NCBI GenBank assembly: GCA_030637655.1
Contig: DAOWGI010000005.1
Location: 4,766-68,765, forward strand
Origin: a candidate division FCPU426 bacterium
GTDB lineage: Bacteria; Oederibacteriota; JAAXVQ01; JAUVAV01
DNA: 64,000 bases
Direction: 5' to 3'
A model generated the notes under the pieces. It saw only the letters and a program-made list of their open reading frames with translations, was not told where the DNA came from and ran no database searches. Of the stretch, positions 30,049-39,152 are shown in pieces. The first letter of the stretch is position 1. Every line of letters starts with the position of its first letter. A program made the position numbers and the translations under genes.

Positions 30049-31134
30049 GATCCGGATAGCTGTTTCAAATAGCTTTCGATGAAGGGATCCAATCCTCCAT
30101 CCATAACACGTTGCACGTCCCCAACTTCGTAATTGGTTCGGTGATCCTTAATCATATTGTAAGGATGGAAAACATAGGAACGGATTTGACTGCCAAAAGC
30201 GATTTCTTTTTTTTCTCCATATAAAGTTTTGTTTTTTTGGGCTTTTTCTTCCTGGGCCCGAACATATAAACGGGCTTTTAATACCTTCATGGCATTGGCC
30301 CGGTTTTTAATTTGTGACCGGTCTTCCTGGCATTGCGCCACAATCCTGGTCGGCAAGTGGGTGATACGCACTGCGGATTCGGTTTTGTTCACATGTTGGC
30401 CACCGGCGCCGGAAGCTCTAAATACATCAATCCGCAAATCTTCATCTTTGATCTCAATCTCTATTTCATCTTCAATATCCGGAACCACATCAATCGAGGC
30501 AAACGAGGTATGCCGACGTTTGTTGGCATCAAAGGGTGAAATGCGCACCAGACGATGCACACCTTTTTCCGCCCGCATATAACCAAAAGCACAGTCACCT
30601 TCAATGGCAAAAGTAGCGGATTTAAGGCCCGCTTCTTCTCCGGGTTGATAATCCAACATAGTTATTTTGTATTTTTTATTTTCGGCCCAACGTATATACA
30701 TACGCAACAGCATCTGCGCCCAGTCTTGCGATTCTGTGCCACCGGCGCCGGGATGCACAGAGACAATGGCGGAATCACGATCATTGGGACCGGAAAGCAT
30801 TAAGCGAAATTCGCAGGCATCCGCTTCTGCCTGCAAGGTGTTTAGGCCGGATTGCAAATCCTGTTTCAGATCCGCGTCGGAGTCATCTTCCACCAACAAT
30901 TCGACTGCTGCTTTCAAATCCGCCAAGCGTGTTTGTAAGGAACTATAAAAATCAACATCACGACGGCAGCGCGAGAGTTCGGTGTTTAAAGTTTTGGCGT
31001 GCTGCTGATTGTTCCATATATCCGGCTGGGACAACTCGGTTTCTAAACGTTTCATCTGTTCCTGTTTGGCAGAAACGTCAAAGATACCTCCCGAGTTTTT
31101 CAATTCGTGTTTCCAATTGCGAAATGACTTCCAT
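30045..31134 (-). CDS. prfB: peptide chain release factor 2 with programmed +1 ribosomal frameshift
   Basis: Frame-0 ATG 31134 encodes MEVISQLETRIEKLGRYL then CTT TGA C shift site (31083..31077) preceded by GGGAGG; +1 frame continues DVSAKQ...; SPF and GGQ-containing body. Confidence 0.85.
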
Positions 31135-31160
31135 ACTCAATGTTATTCTCCTTTGGTATA

Positions 31161-31299
31161 GTAACATGTCAGTGAACTGCGGTTAAACATAAGGTTGTCA
31201 TTCCCGAGGGTTTAATCGGGAATCTGGTTTTTTTAAACCATATCCCCGATACAAGCATTCGGGGATGACAAACAAAAAAACGCTTCACTGACATGATAC
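31161..31299. mobile_element. MITE (family A composite) copy 4, short form
   Basis: gtaacatgtcagtgaactg...gtcattcccgag...ggggatgacaaacaaaaaaacgcttcactgacatgatac; directly upstream of prfB. Confidence 0.65.
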
Positions 31300-31301
31300 C
31301 C

Positions 31302-31347
31302 GATTTATCCGGATTAGCTTTTCCCGCTTCACTGATATGTTACTTTG
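31302..31347. repeat. MITE-B terminal fragment (reverse orientation)
   Basis: rc = gtaacatatcagtgaagcgggaaaagctaatccggataaatcgg, matches 5' end of 24861 and 62883 elements. Confidence 0.5.
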
Positions 31348-31389
31348 CATAGCAGTATACGCTTGACAAAGCCAGGCGTTAAAATAAAC

Positions 31390-32403
31390 TTATTCTTCGG
31401 TAAATACAACCTGATATTTTGATTTGGGCAGCAGGAATATTAGAAATGGTTGTGAACGCATCGTATTCTCTGTTTGGGTTGGTTCAATTACGTGATATTT
31501 TACAACCCATTGGTTTGCTTTTGGTTGTGATTCTTTTAAGCGGATCTCATAACCATGTCCCGGTTTGTTTCCCAAAAAGATAGCGCCGACCTGTTGCTGC
31601 TTCCAATTGACTGCCGGTATGGCAACAGATTGAATTTTAGCGCGCTGCCACAGGCTTTTAAGTTCAGTCGGTGAGGCGGCTATCAGGGTTTCCGGCTGTC
31701 GGATAGCACAAGCATCTCCGCTCCATTCTCCGGTTTGACGCACCAGTTGAGGTTTGGCAACGAGCAGATAATCCGGAGCAGCCTGTTCTCCTCTGCTGCG
31801 CGCGGCCGCAGGGGCAAGGCTCACAGGTTGAATAATCGCCCGGGAAAGTGTTTGGCGCTGTTTTTTTCCGGCTACTGAAACGTATTCGAGTTTGGGTCGA
31901 GGTAAAGGCGGCAGCGCGTCTTTATGTTTGGTAACGTATTTTTGCGGAAGTGTTTTCAATCCAGCAGATGTTTTTTTGCCGGCCTCCGACATTTTTTGAC
32001 CGGCCATACGCGGGATTTTTTTAGCAATCGGTTGTTCTTGGGCAGATAAGGTTTCTGTGGATTTGGCTTTTTTGAAATCATCCGTAGGATTTTGAACAAC
32101 CACAATCAACAGAACCACTGCTGCGGCTGCTACGGAACTTAAAGAAAGAGTTCCCCATAGATTCCAACGCCGGGCGGAAGCATATTCTTTATTTAATCGC
32201 TCCCTACACCGGGCAGGTAAATACGAAGGTGCCTCCACGCTCTGCAAAGCGCCAAGTAGGTTTAAGGTCTCGGCATATTTCCCGCATTCGCAGGTACAGG
32301 CGGTACATTCCTGTAAATGTAGGTGTACGGCCTTTTCTTCATCCGGAGTTAAGGTGTGATCTGCATACAATGGCAGCAATTCATTACATTCACGGCAATT
32401 CAT
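31390..32403 (-). CDS. anti-sigma factor (zinc-finger N-terminus, TM, periplasmic domain)
   Basis: CRECNELL...HLHLQECTACTCEC ZAS-like motif; single TM; 4-bp overlap with upstream ECF sigma gene. Confidence 0.55.
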   Translation of the reverse strand: MNCRECNELLPLYADHTLTPDEEKAVHLHLQECTACTCECGKYAETLNLLGALQSVEAPSYLPARCRERLNKEYASARRWNLWGTLSLSSVAAAAVVLLIVVVQNPTDDFKKAKSTETLSAQEQPIAKKIPRMAGQKMSEAGKKTSAGLKTLPQKYVTKHKDALPPLPRPKLEYVSVAGKKQRQTLSRAIIQPVSLAPAAARSRGEQAAPDYLLVAKPQLVRQTGEWSGDACAIRQPETLIAASPTELKSLWQRAKIQSVAIPAVNWKQQQVGAIFLGNKPGHGYEIRLKESQPKANQWVVKYHVIEPTQTENTMRSQPFLIFLLPKSKYQVVFTEE

Positions 32404-33002
32404 GATGATCTCCCCAAAATAGGATCAAGCGCGTTGCGCAACAGACGTCGCGCTCGGGACAATCTTGATTTAACTGTTCCTAGTGGAATATGGCACAAAT
32501 CCGCTATCTCCTCATACGAGTACCCCTCAATATCCCGTAAAATAGTGACTTCCCGCTCATCCGGCGGAATTTTTCCTATGGCTGCGCGAACAATTTGGGA
32601 AGTTTCACTTTGCTCGACCTTTTCTAAAGGTCCCAAACCATTCTCCTCCAACTCCAAATGACAACCTGCTGAATCTTCGGAAGGATCCTCGTTGATTGAC
32701 TGGTGCTGAAAGTACTTTCGGCGTTTTTGACTGCGCACCATATTTTTCCAAAGATTCACAGTAATGCGGTGCAACCAGGTTTTGAATTCCGATCGTCCCT
32801 CAAACCGTTTTACTGCCTGAAACGCCCGGACAAATGTCATTTGGGTAAGATCATCCGCATCCGAACGATTGCCGGCAGTTAAATTATACGCTAAGTTAAA
32901 CACATAATTTGTATGATATTTCACAAGAGCTTCAAATGCCTCGCAGTCGCCTTTGCGTGCCTGATTCACATAGCCCTTAAGTACTTCTTTAGAATCTGTC
33001 AT
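32400..33002 (-). CDS. RNA polymerase ECF sigma factor (sigma-70 family)
   Basis: Region 2 (YHTNYVFNLAYNLT...DLTQMTFVRAF) and region 4 (EIADLCHIPLGTVKSRLSRAR) motifs. Confidence 0.85.
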   Translation of the reverse strand: MTDSKEVLKGYVNQARKGDCEAFEALVKYHTNYVFNLAYNLTAGNRSDADDLTQMTFVRAFQAVKRFEGRSEFKTWLHRITVNLWKNMVRSQKRRKYFQHQSINEDPSEDSAGCHLELEENGLGPLEKVEQSETSQIVRAAIGKIPPDEREVTILRDIEGYSYEEIADLCHIPLGTVKSRLSRARRLLRNALDPILGRSS

Positions 33003-33195
33003 TTAGACCCCAATCTCCTTTTTCAGTTCATACTTGTTGGGAGCAAAATTAAAAAAAACTTTGAGTTTTGGTTATAAAACAAATAGAATAATAAAGCAAG
33101 CACGGTTTTTGCTAAATTATCCCGGATACGAAATTTCACTTGCCAATGCACATATATTTTGGTAAATAATTCTAAATCCCTAAAGGAGATTATTT

Positions 33196-33987
33196 ATGTT
33201 GCGTGTGTCAAAGCCACTGGTTGCCGTACTCTTGAGTGCGGGTATAGCCATAATTGCGGGATGTGCCGTTTTGGGGGATGTAATTCATAAACCTGACGTT
33301 CTGGTACAAGAAATCAATTCCCAATGGATTACCCCTGAACAATGGCGGCTCTTGGCAAAGATGCAAGTGAAAAACAAGAATCCCTTAACACTCTCTTTTG
33401 TTCGTGCTTCCTATTCCATCTGTGTGAATGACCAACGTGTGCAAACTAAGGTATTCACTGCGCTGCCGGTGGTCCCGCCTTATTCTGTAAAATCTTTTGC
33501 CATTCCCTTGCTGCTCAACCTGCGAGATATCCAAAAATATACTTCTGAAGAGCAGAATCTCCGGCTGCGGTTTTCCGGCCGGTTGTTTCCTACTGAAAAA
33601 TCCAATGTCTCCCCCCTGAAATTTGAATACGCAAGCACCTTGTTCATACCGCGTCTGCCAAAGTTTGTATGTAAGCAAATCAAACCTATTAAGAAAACCA
33701 AAGGCCATGTTTTTCTGTTCGAGACTAAAAACTTAAATGCTTATCCGGTCACCATTGTGAAATTGAAAGGATACGTTACTATCAAGAACAAAAAATTCAA
33801 ATTGCAGCCACTGGACAAACCGATTTCTATCAAACCATATGCTGATCAAAAACTTGCCTTCATCAGCCGAGAGCTTACCCGGGTAGCAGTAAAAAGTGAT
33901 CACCATTTGAGCTTGTTTGGTGAAATTGAATTAATTTCCCAACACGGCAGTATGATTGTACCCCTGACGCAGGAAATGAAATACTAG
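33196..33987 (+). CDS. lipoprotein with tandem LEA-2/NDR1-HIN1-like domains
   Basis: Lipobox AGC after signal peptide; two ~100-aa beta-rich repeats. Confidence 0.35.
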   Translation: MLRVSKPLVAVLLSAGIAIIAGCAVLGDVIHKPDVLVQEINSQWITPEQWRLLAKMQVKNKNPLTLSFVRASYSICVNDQRVQTKVFTALPVVPPYSVKSFAIPLLLNLRDIQKYTSEEQNLRLRFSGRLFPTEKSNVSPLKFEYASTLFIPRLPKFVCKQIKPIKKTKGHVFLFETKNLNAYPVTIVKLKGYVTIKNKKFKLQPLDKPISIKPYADQKLAFISRELTRVAVKSDHHLSLFGEIELISQHGSMIVPLTQEMKY

Positions 33988-34164
33988 GAGTGTGAGCATT
34001 TAGTCTGTTTTTTTTATGTTGTCATCCCCGAATGCTCTTATCGGGGATATGGTTTAAAAAACCGGATTCCTGCTGAAGGCGTCCCTATATATCTTTGCCG
34101 GTCGGGGCCGATTAAACCCTCGGGAATGACAACCTTTGTTTAATCACAGTTCACTGACATGTAC
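33985..34164. mobile_element. MITE (family A composite) copy 5, long form, reverse orientation
   Basis: rc of copies 1/3 including 38-nt long-form segment; outer TIR cacagttcactgacatgtac. Confidence 0.6.
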
Positions 34165-34204
34165 GCGTAAAGTATATATTATTATGAGATGGTTAATATA
34201 TGAA

Positions 34205-34990
34205 TTATTTTTTGGCCGGGGCGGAGGATTTTTTGAGTTTGCCGGGTTTCGGCCTCTTTTTTTTGCCTGGTTTTTTCTTCTTTTTTTCTTCGAAAATGTC
34301 GCGACCAAAATGACAACGCAGTATTTTGGTGAAGGACTTGCGAGGGACAACACCCGAGATCAGATCTATGCGCCATTCGCTCCTTTCTTTGACCAGCCAG
34401 ACACAACCCGGCATAATAAGACGATCACCTTCCCATACCCACCATCGTTTAAAATAAGCTTCGTCACGTATTTTCGAAAACGCATTAGTGGGATCAATCC
34501 AGAGTTTGCGCGGATCGTCCCGGACCGGTCCTGTATCTTCGTGCGCTATTTCATAGGTCTCCCGCGTAAATACGATGGCATAATTTCCGACGATGTAATG
34601 TTGTCCCGGCACGAAAAAACCGATTCGTTCCGGCATAATGGTTTCTCCGTCTTTCCCTTTTTTCATCATTTTTTTGTTTTCTTGTTCGTGCATGAGAAAA
34701 AACATATCAGTAAGAATGGTCTCGGCCGTAGGAATGGTTTGGTCTTTTTTGCCTGCACGGGCAACCTGTTTGGCTTTGGTGTTGATCATTTTAACCATTT
34801 TTTTATCAACCAAGGAAAGCAATTCAGCAGCTTCGGAAAACTGCTTCAGGCGCAATAAACGATAAAAATCCTCTACCACAACTGTAGGTTTTTCCGTTCC
34901 GGCTTCCAGTTGTTGGGGCATTACACAGCTTAACCAACTCATAAGACAGACGAACAAAGTTGCCCGCTGGATCCATGCATTATTCATCAA
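34205..34990 (-). CDS. hypothetical secreted protein with Lys-rich C-terminal tail
   Basis: Signal peptide; EEKKKKKPGKKKRPKPGKLKK tail; 11-bp overlap with upstream TPR gene. Confidence 0.4.
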   Translation of the reverse strand: MMNNAWIQRATLFVCLMSWLSCVMPQQLEAGTEKPTVVVEDFYRLLRLKQFSEAAELLSLVDKKMVKMINTKAKQVARAGKKDQTIPTAETILTDMFFLMHEQENKKMMKKGKDGETIMPERIGFFVPGQHYIVGNYAIVFTRETYEIAHEDTGPVRDDPRKLWIDPTNAFSKIRDEAYFKRWWVWEGDRLIMPGCVWLVKERSEWRIDLISGVVPRKSFTKILRCHFGRDIFEEKKKKKPGKKKRPKPGKLKKSSAPAKK

Positions 34991-36635
34991 TTTCGCCTTG
35001 TAGTTTTCGAATCAAAGAAATCAGACGACGACGTTCCGGCGCCTTGGGACGCAGTTTTAAATAGGTCACATATTCTTTGGCCCCTTCTTCGCGATATCCC
35101 TGAGCAACAAACTCCGTTCCCAGCCAGAGATGGTCCTTGGGGTGTTTACGGCGAGCCGCCCTTTGCGCTTTGTCTAATTGTTTGCGCGCTTCAGCGCCTA
35201 ATCTCTTTTTGCGCAGCGTCTTGGTCATTAACAGCAAAATCTCGAAGTTGCGCGGTTGTATGCTCAGAGCAATACTGGTGTAAGAATACGTCCGGTCAAA
35301 ATTTCCTTTTTCAAAAAAGGATTGTCCCAAGATCAGGGCGGTTTTGGATTTTAGCAGTTTGACTTCGCGCCAGGTTTTCACTGCTTCTAATTTGTAAATT
35401 TCAGTCATAACGTCCATATAACGTTTCAGACGGTATAAGGCCGAAGCGCGCAAGTAATATAGTTTGGCGTTGGCGGGTTCGAGTTTTAAGACTTCCTTAA
35501 GATAGACTTCCGCATGTTTGTCATTGCGCTTGAGAAGCAACTGACCCAATTCACGCTGAAACGGTTTCTTTTGCAGTTCGGTCCCCTGTTGGTCCAATCC
35601 CCGGAGCAATATTTTTTCCGCCGCTTCGACGTCTTTCAGAAAACGCTGAACATAACCCAGGAGTAAGTAATTGCGGTAATTGGCAGGATGCATAGCTAAA
35701 TTTTCCAAGGCAATTTTTTTGGCTTGCTCGTATTGTTTTTTGGTTAAATAATATTCCACTTGTGCGTTCATGAGTAACGGCTGATGGGGTTCGTGTTTGG
35801 CGGCAGCCTCGATGTCCTGCCAAGCCAGTCTCAAGTTCTTATCACGGAATTTGCCTTGCTGATTATGGGCGATATTGATACGGCAATTGGCACGTGTGGC
35901 AAGCGCCAAGACAAATTTAGGATCGCTTTTGAGAGCCCGCTTGAGCATTGGCAGCGCTTTTAAACAGAGGGTTTTGCCGCTCGGATTGGGAGCAAGGGTG
36001 TTCAAAGCCGATATATAGGTCTGGTAGGTGTTAAACAAGTTGGTTCCCGGTATTTTCCTCATGGCCTTGGTTTCGGCAGCGGTAACCTTAAGATTTAAAA
36101 TATCGCTGGTTTTTTCAAAGAGTTTAAAATACAGCTTTTGCAACTGATTTTTAGTTCCGCTGATTTTAAACGACCGGGCTTCAAAATTGCGTCCCGGTAT
36201 TATTTTGCAATTTAATATAATTTGTTTTCCTTTTATTTTATAATTTCCGTACAGCAAGGAAATATCCTTTTCGTCTGCCAGGATTTCCATCTGTCCCGGT
36301 TCTGGAGCGCTGTTTCCTAATTTGTATTCCTGCTGCAAGGCTTCCAGTTCGTCATTTTTTAAAAAAACAATGGTTTTCAACGACAAGGTGGCCTGTGCCA
36401 TGGCAATACGAAAGGCATTTCCGAACCACGCATGTTTTTTCGCCATGGCATTGGCAGGCCGCAAAGGTACTACTAAGAGATATTTTTCGAAAGCAGCAGC
36501 TTGACTCTGCCCGGGACAGAGCACTATAAAAAACAAGAGTACACAAAACATGCACAGCGGCCGGTATTGTTTCAAGGGAAGTCCCCACTTTCCTAGCAAA
36601 ATAAGGTTACTTAAGCAGGCTGAAGGTTTTTTCAC
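34980..36635 (-). CDS. TPR-repeat protein (secreted)
   Basis: Multiple 34-aa TPR-like repeats; internal signal peptide-like MFCVLLFFIVLCPGQSQA suggests true start may be downstream of ORF-track start. Confidence 0.55.
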   Translation of the reverse strand: MKKPSACLSNLILLGKWGLPLKQYRPLCMFCVLLFFIVLCPGQSQAAAFEKYLLVVPLRPANAMAKKHAWFGNAFRIAMAQATLSLKTIVFLKNDELEALQQEYKLGNSAPEPGQMEILADEKDISLLYGNYKIKGKQIILNCKIIPGRNFEARSFKISGTKNQLQKLYFKLFEKTSDILNLKVTAAETKAMRKIPGTNLFNTYQTYISALNTLAPNPSGKTLCLKALPMLKRALKSDPKFVLALATRANCRINIAHNQQGKFRDKNLRLAWQDIEAAAKHEPHQPLLMNAQVEYYLTKKQYEQAKKIALENLAMHPANYRNYLLLGYVQRFLKDVEAAEKILLRGLDQQGTELQKKPFQRELGQLLLKRNDKHAEVYLKEVLKLEPANAKLYYLRASALYRLKRYMDVMTEIYKLEAVKTWREVKLLKSKTALILGQSFFEKGNFDRTYSYTSIALSIQPRNFEILLLMTKTLRKKRLGAEARKQLDKAQRAARRKHPKDHLWLGTEFVAQGYREEGAKEYVTYLKLRPKAPERRRLISLIRKLQGEIDE

Positions 36636-37858
36636 ACTCCGGCATGTTCCAGGCCCAAAGTGGATCCGGTAATATCGCCTTCCAAGAGATAAAGCCGTAT
36701 ACGATCACCGCGTGTGGCCGGCGCGCCGCTTTTTCTCAAACGGTACAACCGTTCCGGCAGAAACAAGGCCGGTAAAGACCATAATTTTTTCTCTGTAAAG
36801 CGCACCGCATATTCACGCGTGGCAAGGAGTTCTCGATATCCCCATCCGGGAACCGCGGCACTTTTATGCAAATTGATTTCTTTGACCGGTTCAATTCCGG
36901 TTCCTTGAGCATAGTTATTCCAGGTGCCGATCTGAATGAATTGTGCCTGATTCCTTAAATTGTCTTCCCACGTGGCGGAATACTTTTCTCCCTGACGCCG
37001 GGAAAAAACACGGGGTCCGCGATCACCGCTCCCGCCGCAGCCTCGATCATCATAACCGGGATTGACAATTCCAGAAATGAACTGATAACGTCCTTTGCTT
37101 ACGGCATTTTGACAATTTTCCCAAAACATTTCATCCGTATCATAATCCGAAAAATAAATGTTAACTCCGGGAGCAACGCTTTCCCATTGTGAAAAATCAA
37201 CGCCGTACATCTGCGATTGATAGTTTTGGATCACAAACAAGTTGGATTTTAACTGATTTTGTAATTGATCCCATTCAGCCACGGTGAAAAAGGGCCAATC
37301 CCAGGCGGGGTTGGACTTGCCGCAATTTTCGAGTATCAGCAGCGGCTTGTTCTCTATGCGCAAATATGCTGTTGAGGAAAAGAAATGCTCCTCAGCATAC
37401 TGTATAATAGTAAGCGCGTGTTGCACGGCTTCAACTCGGTTTTTCACCTGGGTTTGCAGCGGTGGAAAACAGCTATCATCGTTAAAACAGAAGGCGATTT
37501 TAAAATCCAGTTGTTCTGCTTGCTTTAGCAATACTTTGATATGCTCTACGTCTATTTCGGTAATGCCCTGTGTCGCATGAGCGAAATAGTCAATAATAAA
37601 AGCATCAATACCAACGGCTTTGGCCAAAAGGATATGATATTCCGCCAGATCCGGATCCCCGGAATCATAAGTTCCGATGACCGGCATATAAACTGAGGCA
37701 ATATCATATTCACCATTGGGCAAACGGTTTTGCGGATTGTGATGATATTTGGCAGGTTTGTTCTTGCCTGAAAATTTCCAACGACCCCAGTCACTGGAAA
37801 ATTCAGGATTTCGATATGAAATCAAGTAACGTGCAGCCAATAGCGGTTTCATTTCCAT
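36632..37858 (-). CDS. putative TIM-barrel glycoside-hydrolase-like protein
   Basis: Alternating beta-alpha pattern; C-terminal QIGTWNEYAQGTGIEP resembles conserved strand-8 region of several GH families (GH99/GH71-like); low certainty. Confidence 0.3.
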   Translation of the reverse strand: MEMKPLLAARYLISYRNPEFSSDWGRWKFSGKNKPAKYHHNPQNRLPNGEYDIASVYMPVIGTYDSGDPDLAEYHILLAKAVGIDAFIIDYFAHATQGITEIDVEHIKVLLKQAEQLDFKIAFCFNDDSCFPPLQTQVKNRVEAVQHALTIIQYAEEHFFSSTAYLRIENKPLLILENCGKSNPAWDWPFFTVAEWDQLQNQLKSNLFVIQNYQSQMYGVDFSQWESVAPGVNIYFSDYDTDEMFWENCQNAVSKGRYQFISGIVNPGYDDRGCGGSGDRGPRVFSRRQGEKYSATWEDNLRNQAQFIQIGTWNNYAQGTGIEPVKEINLHKSAAVPGWGYRELLATREYAVRFTEKKLWSLPALFLPERLYRLRKSGAPATRGDRIRLYLLEGDITGSTLGLEHAGV

Positions 37859-37914
37859 GACAACCCAGACCTCCCTTAAAGTAATTTTTATATGCTAAGT
37901 TATTTTTTTCAATG

Positions 37915-38220
37915 TTACTGATTTGTATTATATATGTATGACTTCACAACACCTTCCGGCGTGTAGACAATTGTTAAATCAGTCGTCACCGGCGACCCGA
38001 ATAGACCGAATTTATAATTCAGATACGTGGCCGTGGGATCACCGGAATCAATACCTGTACGAAACGGACTTCCCAAAGGCTTTTCAATGTCAGCACGAGT
38101 GGTTTTGCCGATTACAATTTCGGAAACCACCGTAGCTGGAAATGGTTTGCCCACAGTTACGCAGCCGGTAAATGAAATCAATAAAATGCCTGACAAAAGG
38201 AGCCAAATTATGTTTTTCAT
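37915..38220 (-). CDS. small lipoprotein, BamE/SmpA-OmlA-like
   Basis: Lipobox FTGC; ~100 aa; ...TRADIEKPLGSPF... resembles SmpA_OmlA fold motif. Confidence 0.4.
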   Translation of the reverse strand: MKNIIWLLLSGILLISFTGCVTVGKPFPATVVSEIVIGKTTRADIEKPLGSPFRTGIDSGDPTATYLNYKFGLFGSPVTTDLTIVYTPEGVVKSYIYNTNQ

Positions 38221-38261
38221 ATGCTTTATCCTTTCATGAAAAAAAAATATTTCCAGCTTGT

Positions 38262-38708
38262 TTATTTGATGCGATATTCTTCAAACCGGTCATGGGTAAC
38301 ACCACATATTGGGCATACATCAGGAGGCAAAGGCCTGACGCAAAGATAACCGCAAACTTTGCAGCGCCACATTTTTATGGGCGATGGTGGCCTGTCTTTT
38401 CGTTCTGGAACCGTAATCACCTCTTTTTTTTTCACGAGGACCTCCCGACTGACATACAAACCGCAATAACATGTGCCGAATTCATTTATGTCTTCATCCC
38501 GATAATCGCAGGGACAAATCATGGAAAGGTCTTGTGTGTACTTCCCTGTGGCCAAGCGACAGGGACAAAACAGATAACCGTACCGTTCTTCATTGATCAG
38601 CAGACTTTCCAACAACTGGTTAGTCATGGAATCGTCGGGATTCAGAAAATTTCCCCCTCGTTTCTGAACAACTTCTTTCAATTTGGAAATCGCATACTGG
38701 TCCGGCAT
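38262..38708 (-). CDS. ferredoxin:thioredoxin reductase catalytic-subunit-like protein fused to C-terminal rubredoxin-like domain
   Basis: CPCR...CPC...CYC spacing as in FTR catalytic chain; C-terminal WRCKVCGY...CPICG rubredoxin knuckles. Confidence 0.6.
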   Translation of the reverse strand: MPDQYAISKLKEVVQKRGGNFLNPDDSMTNQLLESLLINEERYGYLFCPCRLATGKYTQDLSMICPCDYRDEDINEFGTCYCGLYVSREVLVKKKEVITVPERKDRPPSPIKMWRCKVCGYLCVRPLPPDVCPICGVTHDRFEEYRIK

Positions 38709-38959
38709 TATTTTTTACAGGCGTTACGAATTTCTTCAGGTTTGAAACCAACTACCACATTTCCTTCCGCAAAAACCAGAGTTGGAAAACTCTTGACCGG
38801 ATTATGTTTGCCCAGTTCTTGCATGGCCGCTTCACGTTTATCGCCGGTTAATTTATCCATGGCGATTTCATCGAATTTAATTCCATTCTCTTTTAAGTGT
38901 ACGCGTGTTTTTCGGCACCAAATGCAGGTGGAAAGTGAATAAAATTTGATTTTTTTCAT
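38708..38959 (-). CDS. glutaredoxin-like protein (CxxC)
   Basis: MKKIKFYSLSTCIWCRK thioredoxin-fold active site; start at ATG 38959 with GGAGG RBS; stop overlaps FTR-like gene start. Confidence 0.6.
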   Translation of the reverse strand: MKKIKFYSLSTCIWCRKTRVHLKENGIKFDEIAMDKLTGDKREAAMQELGKHNPVKSFPTLVFAEGNVVVGFKPEEIRNACKK

Positions 38960-39152
38960 AAACGGACCTCCTATATACCAGGTTATTCTAATATTCTTTA
39001 TTTTAATTGTCAAATGTCAATATAGCGGTAACCCCGGACTTTAGTCCGGGGTTACCGCATTCCCTCTACCTTTTAGGGAGAGGGATAAAGGGTGAGGGTT
39101 ACCTGAATACTCCGCACTTCAGTGCGGGGATGATTTATTCATTGTTAGTTTT

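Noticed and set aside
34136-34858. 240-aa plus-strand ORF
   Set aside because: It is antisense to the signal-peptide gene 34205..34990. It is Phe-rich junk and starts inside a MITE.
38172-38942. 256-aa plus-strand ORF
   Set aside because: It is fully antisense to the well-supported FTR-like and glutaredoxin-like genes. It has no RBS and low-complexity composition.
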